DNA of 64,000 bases from assembly GCA_964016885.1 (NCBI GenBank), contig OZ024742.1, positions 21,452,001 to 21,516,000 of the forward strand, in the 5' to 3' direction. Every line of letters begins with the position of its first letter. Position 1 is the stretch's first letter. Below, piece by piece: positions 54,238 to 64,000 of the stretch. The position numbers and the translations under genes are program-made. A model generated the notes under the pieces. That model saw nothing but the letters and a program-made list of their open reading frames with translations, was not told where the DNA came from and ran no database searches. This DNA is from Eledone cirrhosa (lineage: Eukaryota).

Positions 54238-57200
54238 GGAAAAAATAGGCAAGAAGAGAAGAGAGATTTGAAGAAAGGTTTATTAGAGGGGGAAGAAAAT
54301 CTTAGGAAACACCAAACTTATTTGAAATTTCTTTCAGAGAGAACTAAAACAAGTCCGTCTCATCATAATTCACCGCCCGCTTGAAGAAAACCATATACCG
54401 TTTGGGTACCTTTAGAGAGGTCTACTCTGTTATAAACATTCACTTCCACTCACCAGTCGAGGTGATTCTGACAAACGAAAGTGCCAAAAGCAGTATCTCT
54501 AACTAACTAAACCTTGAGAAAGAAGTATACCGCTCCATTACAAATTGTTTATTTCGCTCATTTAATTATGCCCTGGATTATTTCTTGTAAAAATCCACTC
54601 CATTGTCCTATATTCTGAATTCATATTACTCCGACTACAACATTCACTTACTTTTCCTCTCACAATACCAATAGTTGTACTATATTTGGATGTCTTCAAT
54701 GGATGCTGTAACGTCTGTGGAAAGATTTGATCTTTTGTCTAATTAACGAATCAATATTACAAAATAGTGCAGCACTTTTATGGTTGTGAGTAAATCTAAC
54801 ATTTTTTTCAACTGATGAATTATTCATTTGATAATTAAAAACATCAACATATGAATTTCTACAGAGCATGTTAATAACATTGTAGTTACGAGGTTGTATA
54901 GAAAATGTGTTATAACATGATCGTTATCGTTTTGCCTAAAGATTTTCATATGCAAATAATGTAATAATAAAAGTTTCATTTCTTTTAGAATTTTATTAGA
55001 TCAGTTCTATTGACCAAATTCTGATAGTGAAACGCTGCTTCCATAAAGGATCTTTAAAGTCTTAGAGGACATCAAATTTTCATAAAATGGATTAGGGTGA
55101 ATTACCCGTAATATAATGTTGGTATTCATAAAATCTATCGCAATGGATGTAATACAAGATTCAGTGAGATGAAAGTAAATAGTGTAATGGATATGTGCGA
55201 ATATTTTCACTTTCTGTTACTATACTGTCTTCAATATTCTCTTAAACACTGGCTACTTCAATTAAATGGTTCTATTGATAAGGAAACAACGATTCTGACG
55301 CTAAACTCCACCAGTAGCAGTTGCGCATCAACATGAAATATTTTTCTCCACGAAGTTCGATCATCAACAGCAGAATTTAAAGAGCAAAGATCAAGGCCAG
55401 TCCATAAGTTGACATTATCAAGCCATCGTTTTTGGCTGCCGGCCTCTGCTTCTCGTACTGGCTAACCTTCCTTCCAGGCATAACCTACTCACATCACGAT
55501 TTGATCTTTTTATATGACAGTATAGTTTGAGTACTCTTGACTTGACAATTAGTGTAATTGGTCTAAGTTTGGTAATGTTGAGCAGCTTACTGATACAGAT
55601 ACGGTCGCTGAGCCACTTGCAAGTCATAAGTCTCCTGACGTGGGTCTGGAATATAGAGAGCTTCTGAAGTGAGATTGTCGTCAAATTAACAGTCAAGACA
55701 ATATAGCACAACTGGTAGGATGTAAGTATCAAAGACCTTATCCTTAGCTACGTGAATATATGAAAAACAAATATTGGTTTCTTTAGTGAAGTACAAAATA
55801 ATATTTTGATTTAGTCGGTAAAATCAAATGGTGCCACAATATAAAGCATTTAGGACGTGCATCCTGCTGTGGAAACCAAGCCAAAATATAGATCCATATG
55901 AGCAAGATGTGGTCTCCAGACAATCCCTCTAGCCCATGCATGCTTGATATTGATAAAATATAAATTATATGATGATAAGCCTGTAAAATAAATACTTGTT
56001 TCTACTTTTGGCACAAGGCCAGCAATTACCCAGTGTATAACTGGTACTTTATTTTATCGACCCCGTAAGGATGAAAGGGAAAGTTAACCTCGACGGGATT
56101 TGAACTCAGATCCTAAAGGGACGTAACTCTATGCTTCAAAGTATGGTGTCCTACTCTCTACCGATACTGCCAATCCTCCGCCTGTAAAATAAATAATGTA
56201 ATATATATATTCAAATACATTATAATCTTATGTTGACGAAGCCCTCTCTGCAAATCACTGGACGAAGTGAAATAGTATAGTATTTTCAATAAACCTGATA
56301 ATGCTATGATGTTACGTTAATTACTTCGTTAAAATAACTAATGGTAAATAAAATATTCATTTACTGTTAAGAATTACATTAAATCAACAAGCTTATAAAA
56401 GGATGTATCTACTTTAATTTTCACAAAAAACATGGCGCCTTTCTTCGTTTAATTACTCTTGACATTAACATTGAGAAAATAAATAATATATTTATTTATA
56501 TGTCGAACATTAATTTGCTCTTTACATCCTCCGCATTTTACCAGCGGTGCATTCAGTACGATAAGCCCAGTGCACTGATACATCAGACTAAACATAAGAT
56601 AACTGTAGAATAATGATTCAAAGTTCATTTTGAAGATATTTGTGGAATCGATTCTTGTAACAATGCGGTTAAAATAGTGCAAAATGTTTAGATAACATAG
56701 TGTAATTGAAGATTAATTCTTGAAAATAATACAGGATAAAACAAGAAAAATAATAAAAACATGTTATACAATATTACATTATCTTAGTCAATGTACTTTT
56801 AGAACTACAACACACTATCATTCATTATCCTATTTGTGATTGACCATACGTGGGTATTAATGCGGTGAATTGGCCGAGATTATAGAACGTCGGATAAAAA
56901 GATTTCCTGTATTAATTTTGGCTCACGACTCTCTGAGTTCAAATCCCACCGAGGTCAAATTTGCTTTTCATGCATTTGAGGTCAATAAAACACAAGTTTC
57001 GTACTGGGGTCGATTCTTCCTCTATATCTCTTTCCCACTTTCCCTCTCTACCCTCTATCCTCATCAGGAAAAAAATCTGCTATATTCATACCTGGAGAAG
57101 AAGTAGGCTTCACCAGATTAAAACTTCTGTAGAAGCGCCATATGTCAATATGACACAACTACGACTCCCCGAGGAGTTACAGGATCATGCATACCTGGAC

Positions 57201-57402
57201 ATTAATATTAGCAGGTACACAGATGTAGCCTGAATTAGCAGTGCATATTAATTATTTTGTTAATAAAAGAATAACTAGCCTCTTTCTGCATTGATTGCTA
57301 ACTGGATATCACGGGAACATTTACCGAAAAGCGAGAACATATACACACACATACATACACACAACATGTACATACATATATAGGTATATACATATTTATA
57401 TA

Positions 57403-57441
<39 letters not shown>

Positions 57442-57546
57442 CAATCTACATATGTCATTATCGAGCTGACTCTTATCTCACACCTCCCTTCCAATTCTTT
57501 ATACACACACACATATATATCTATATATATACATACATATATACAA

Positions 57547-57940
57547 ATCTAGTATATAAATGTACCATTTAGACAAATAATAATATATATAACTACATAG
57601 GTGCCACCTCATCTAAATTTAAGGATCGTTGGTATCATCATAGACACTCTTTCAATAGACCAGATAAGAAATTTTCAACTGCACATACACAATTAGTATG
57701 GTCTTTAAAGGACAATAATATTAAATACTCCATCTCTTAAACCAAATTAAAAAATGCTGCTTCTTATCGGAACTCAACTATTTCTCAAATTTGCAATCTT
57801 TGTAACCTTGAGATTCTACAGATAATTACAAATTATGACAATTTAATCAACAAAAAATGAATTATTTAGTAGTTGTCACCATAAAATTGTTAAACCTTTC
57901 CAGGCAATGTACAAGTTTCGAAAAAATATTGACAATTAAT
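57547..57940 (+). pseudogene. Degenerate Naiad-type GIY-YIG endonuclease fragment (second PLE family)
   Basis: Translation NLVYKCTI*..YIGATSSKFKDRWYHHRHSF..VWSLKD..CNLCNLE..LINKK..SSCHH is homologous to the C-terminal part of ORF 33440-34633. Confidence 0.8.
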
Positions 57941-59467
57941 AATTTAAATATATATATAAATTTTGCCTTATGGTAGTAATAATTGGTTCTACTTTTGGCA
58001 CAAGGCCAGCAATGTCCCAGTGTATTACTGGTACTTTATTTTATCGACCCCGTAAGGATGAAAGGCAAAGTTAACCTCGGCGGGATTTGAAGTAATAATA
58101 TATTGTTATTTATGTGAATTAGAATAATTTCATTAAGAGTCTCGTTATCCTATGCTTTGATTAGTACAATTCAATATTTAACTAGACATCAATTATGATA
58201 TATACAATAGATGATTTACGGCTTTCGAAATATCGCTGGACGTGAGAGTAGAGATAAGTTATAAATGCTTGTATATGGTGAATGAGTTAGCTTCCTTTTG
58301 TTTACATTGTCCGTAAAAATTTCGTTTTGACTAGCTTGCTAAAATATATTAAATATGAAATATGTAGATTAATAATATATAGACTATCATTAAAAGGAAA
58401 CTATATATCAAAATAAGTAAATATAGAAGTAAATATAACCATTCATTAAATTAATGAAATAAAACTTTTGAGAGTAAATATAACTACAGTTTGATCCTAG
58501 CAATTAAATGAAAATTAAAGAATAGTAAAGCTTATATAAAGAGAATCTTTAAACTAAATAAAATAATTTGGGTAATAAATGATCTAAATATATTATATGT
58601 ATTGATGATGATATATGCATGGTATTCGGTAGAGGGTCGGGCGCCATGCTTTGAAGCATAGAGTTACCTCCCTTTATAATCTGAGTTCAAATCCCGCCGA
58701 GCTTAACTTTGCCTTTCATCCTTACGGGGTCGATAAAATAAAGTACCAGTAATGTACTGGGGATTTGCTGGCTTTGTGCCTAAAAGTAGAAGCAATTATA
58801 TTTTAATACATATTTAATAATTATTTAAATACGCTTTAAACATTAATTCTTTTAAAGTTGTAACAAAATATTTATAGAATATCTTACCTTAAAATTAAAA
58901 ACTATAATTATCTCTAATGAGTTAAATTAAAGTATATAAATTTATAATTAAATAAAATATGTGATTGCTATACAAAGTAATCTATACTGAATAATCTTGA
59001 TATAATATATAAGTATAATTAGCTAAAACATAATTAAATACAAGAGATATTCAATTGTTTATGTGAATAGATTTGATTTCTTATTTTGAAAACAACGGTT
59101 TTTCTATTGCCCTCTATTCGGTGTTTCCTTATTTTTCTTTATTTTTCTTTACCCCATTCGTTCCCTTTTACTCTCCCGACACCTTCCCTCTCTTTTGTCG
59201 TTATTCCTCTTTTCTTTATTATATATTTCTTTTCTTCTTTTATTCATTAATACATTTATTTTTTTATTCATTTATCTATTTATGTATTTATTTATTTCTT
59301 GCCTTTCCTCTTCTTTACTATATCTTTAATTTGCTCTACCTCCTTTTCTTCTTTAAGTTTATCATATTATTCGTGGTATAAAAACGTTGAGATTTGATGA
59401 AATAAATCACTGCCAATACGGGAATTGAATAATCAAGACCGTAGCGGTATGTCATATATCAAATCAT

Positions 59468-59535
59468 ATATTTTGTCTGATGAGGACGTACTAGAAAAAC
59501 AACACGGTACCTTTGAAATATATATATTAAAGTAT
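59468..59535 (+). ncRNA. Degenerate hammerhead-like motif
   Basis: CTGATGA 59477-59483, GTAC/GTAC pairing in stem II, GAAATATATA. Stem I is poor. Confidence 0.35.
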
Positions 59536-60053
59536 ATATTTTGATTATGCGAATATTTTTCATTTGTTAACATTTTGATTATGCGAATATTTTCCATTTG
59601 TTAACATTTTGAATAATATTAAAAGCTCCAGAAAAACTTTTTTTGTTGAGTGCTTCTATATCTATTGTAAAACTGTATTCGTTGAGTAATCAACGAACCA
59701 TATTAATGTTTGGATAAAAACCACAGACCCTCCATCTCAACTCTACTTTTGAAAATCAGAAGAAGTGCGAAACCGGTAAAGGAACCAAATAAATATATAT
59801 ATTTTTAAAAAAATAAGACTCCAGTTGCATTTTCGAGTTCATCTTTTTTTCTGTATACTTTCACTCGTGTAGGACACCTCGGTTATTTTTCATTCTGTAA
59901 AAAAAAACAAAAAAACCTCACTTTCTTATATATATATATATATATTTCGTTTCTGGATTTGTTTAGCAAGATTCTTTATCTGAAAACGTGTGTTGAAACC
60001 GATATTGTGATGCTTTGGGAAGGTCATGTTGCCAATAAGAAACACACGCACCA

Positions 60054-60189
<136 letters not shown>

Positions 60190-60440
60190 TAATAAAACAG
60201 TAAGTAGAACGTGCACCTTGTCATTTTTAGAAAGTAAACAGGCTCGTATGGTGGAACTATGTGTGTGGGTGTATGTGTGTATGAGTGTGTTTTGATAGTC
60301 TGTCGTTCCACCAAGACGAAGCTGGGCGTGCGCAGGTGAAAATCCAGAGTAGCAAGATTCACAAATTAACCATGAGAAATATATATTCAATTTCTACTTT
60401 GGTAATAGGTATTGACTATTCTTATCCCTCGTTCGTCAAC

Positions 60441-60559
<119 letters not shown>

Positions 60560-60716
60560 GTATGTGTGTATATAATATATATATATATATGCTCTGTGTG
60601 TATATATATACGTATATATACGTATATACATATATATACACACACACATATACATATATATATGTATATGTGTGTGTGTGTGTATATATATATACGTATA
60701 TATACGTATATATACG

Positions 60717-60832
<116 letters not shown>

Positions 60833-62849
60833 CATATATATATTTATATATATGTATATGATATTGTTGGCAATTATGTATGAAACGATATTAGCTTTAG
60901 ACTCTCAGACTTTTATGTAACAATATGTCAGTATATAATTGGTAGGATTGGTAGAATATTAGAGATGTTAATCTTGAGAATTCCGACGTCAGTGTTCACA
61001 TAATACCATCAACCTGGGAAACATGTCATTATATAAGATATCGAATTACATCATGTCGACATTCTAGTAAGTGATATATAACTGTGAGATGATGATTGCC
61101 TAAATGCCACTTATAAATATGGTTTCATATTAAATCATTTCAATACATTAAGAGATTGATGGAAACATTGATATATCACGGCGACATCAGGGATATCCAG
61201 ATCTAACTGAACAATCATTGCATGCGGTTATATAGCAATGAATTGAACATATTAGTGGGATTAGATTGTCAGATGTATTTTAACACTTTCCTGGTAATAA
61301 AGGATTTAGCAACCATCACCTAAGGAGACGGATTTTCATTTGGTTTAATATGTTTAAGTGAGCGATACCGTAGATGATATAGTTATGGGCTAACGAAGCT
61401 GAAATGTATGGAAGTAAAAAGTTAAAACAAAAGATATCGTTCATAGCAAGAAATAAACGATGTTAAGTTTGTTTCTATCTATAATGATTGATTAGACTTA
61501 TATAATTCATAACATAATAATGGATCATTTACGGCAGGCGAAGCATTTATATATCGCTTGTCGACCAATTGCATTACAATTTGCTGAGCATGGCGTTTAG
61601 CATAGACTATATTAAAAATCCTACAGGTTAATTTATATATTTATGTCTAGTAATCAATTCCCGTCACATACAGCTAGTATGTGAGTGATACTTAATGGTG
61701 GGTATTAGAAGAAATTGTTTGAACTGACATTATTATTACAGGTTAGCAAAATGTAGAAATTCTAAAGTGCAATATAAAGTTGAATAAATGTAAATATACG
61801 ACACAATAAATAACAGCAATGATTCTCGTCATGTATAATCTAATAATTATAGATCCTAATTCTACTAACAAATCTAGAAGGCATATTTACCCAATTATTC
61901 TTCTATTTATTTTAATGTGTCTTCCATCTATTTCCATAAATAGAATAAATATTATGCCATTCTCTGAATAGTATACCTGCAATGCCGAGGTGTTTCTACA
62001 ATTTTCTACAATGAAATTCTGTTTATTATTTGAATTCTGTTTAATATTTGAAATGAAATAAAAGTGCCTGAAAACTATGTTTTGAAATTTTAGATCTGCT
62101 TGTTAAACATAAATGCTTTCTGCATCAGCTTTCATATTATCTCTGCGTTTCACGCACCAAAACCTTATACAATTTCCGGATTTTCTGGGTTATTGTATTT
62201 GAAATTCCCTAAATTAAGCAATTTATTAAGCATTATTTTCCATTTACTGACCTGTTGTCTATATTATATAAGATAATAACCCAAGAAGGAAAACGGGAGA
62301 AATCTGCTATTAATTTTTCACCCTTGAATGCCTTTTTCGAATTGGGTTTTGAAATTGATTTGTTCAATATAATGTTAAACCTTTTGTTACTTCAAAATAA
62401 AGAATGTTAGAAACATTTTCATCAATCTGATGTAATAGGCCATCTAATTACATCGATATATATATATATATTCATGTGTGTGTGTATGCATATGTATATA
62501 TATATATATGTGTGTGTGTATATGATATATATATATATTTATTTATTAACATATCAGATTAAAACTTAAACAAAGAATAGCTGTTTTCACCCTTAACGGG
62601 ATCTTATCGAACCCTCTTTGGATTTTAATCCACACATTTATTATTATTTCTATTGTTGAAGGTGAAGCCATGCTTCTTATTTATTTAAACCTGCAGTTTA
62701 TTTTCAACAGTTTACCTCGTTTTCAATCGTTCTAAAAGTTTAGAAGTGACCCACCTAATACAGGGGTTCACTCGTAAATAATACGGCACCCCTTTACGGG
62801 ATGTCGTATTGTGTAAAAATATTATTTTAAAAAAGAAATTTCTTTCAGC

Positions 62850-64000
62850 ATGGATAACAAAAGAAAGAGAGAGAGCGCTGTCAGACAACAGAGAGAGAGG
62901 GAGACTTTGTCAGCATATCAACAAGACAGCGTTCCAGCGAGGGTAAATATAAAAGAAAATATTACGAAGGAAAAGAGGAAAATAGCATTTTTAATGATAT
63001 TGTTACAGATTTAAAGTTACCAAATATTTCTAACACAAACGACACCAACAATAACACCAACACCAACACCACCAATAACAACAGCAACAACAAAAACAAC
63101 AGCGGTAAAGTCGAGAACGACAATAACAATGACAATAACAACAGCCACAACAGTACCAACGAAAACATCAACAATGACATCGATACCTGTAACAGCGATC
63201 TCAGCACCACCAGTAGGACCAGTAGCGGCAGCAATAGTGGTGCTGCTGAAAAAGGTACCACTTCTTTTGCAGGTGTCACCCGAAATATCGAAACAGTGTT
63301 AGTCACAGAGGAGGAGATGACAGTCGCAAGGGACATGGTGACAAGAAGCGCAAATAGAGTTTCCTTGAAACCACCACACAATTTTTTCAAGGACCAGCAG
63401 CTACGGACGGTAACTTACCGCACCGTAAGCAAAATGTCACATCGGGTGGAGAGAGCCACGGAGGCTCAAATCCAGAAGGCCTTGGGGTGCGTCGGGGCTC
63501 GCAAGATCCACATCACCCGAGACAGAAAGTACGCCACAGTAGAGGTACATTTCACCACGCCCCAAGAAGCGAAGTCTCACTCTTTGGAAACCCTAAAGAG
63601 TGAGGAGATAGTCTTGGTGCCCTCCTACTGCGGGCAGAAAATTGTGAGGGTCAAAGCGAATAAGAAGGCCCCTCTCCTTCGATTACCTGGTCCGCTGCTA
63701 CCAAGAGCAGGGCAGGCAACAAACGCAGAAGCTCCTTCCACGGTGTGCATGAGGGCAACGTCCGGGGCACCCGTACCAAGGCCACGGACAACAAAAGCAG
63801 CAACATCAGTAGCGGCAACACCAGTAGCTACATTTGCAGTAGCTGCACCAGCAACAAAATTGCTGGAGAGGGATCTACTACCACCACCAACAACCGTGGA
63901 GCACATACCCCTCCCAGACGCCACGGAATCCGACATGGAGTTTGAGGCGGGAATGAAGTGGCCACAAAAAAACAAAAAACAAAAAAAAACGTTAGTTTCA
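62850..64000 (+). pseudogene. Tx1-like ORF1 of a related family, internally deleted, running off the window
   Basis: The open frame reads RVSLKPP..YRTVSKMSHRVERATEAQIQKALG..LVPSYCGQKIVRV, homologous to ORF 8864-9895. The ATG at 62850 is out of frame across a GA run. Confidence 0.8.

Overview
This is AT-rich animal genomic DNA, very likely octopus/cephalopod (inferred from the recurrent tRNA-derived SINE and the dense (TA)n/(CA)n/(ATT)n microsatellites). No intact host gene is recognisable, and most ORF-track entries are microsatellite or antisense artefacts. Two microsatellite-targeted retroelement communities dominate. (1) At 4.1-23.9 kb an (ATT/AAT)n tract holds a stack of insertions: four R4/Dong-type RLE LINE copies from two families, an inter-family chimera, a near-intact Tx1/L1-clade element and SINEs. 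(2) The (TA)n tracts hold Penelope-like (Naiad-type) elements and many non-coding derivatives carrying type I hammerhead ribozymes. These share one architecture: an antisense arm joined head-to-head to a sense arm, often with an extra 3' tail. The best candidate for a new system is a 467-bp tandem repeat at 39.2-40.6 kb with a well-formed hammerhead in each unit, i.e. a retrozyme-like, putatively circRNA-producing element. A ~600-bp array at 48.1-49.5 kb has the same architecture but no recognisable ribozyme. All alignments and folds were done by eye, so boundaries are approximate.
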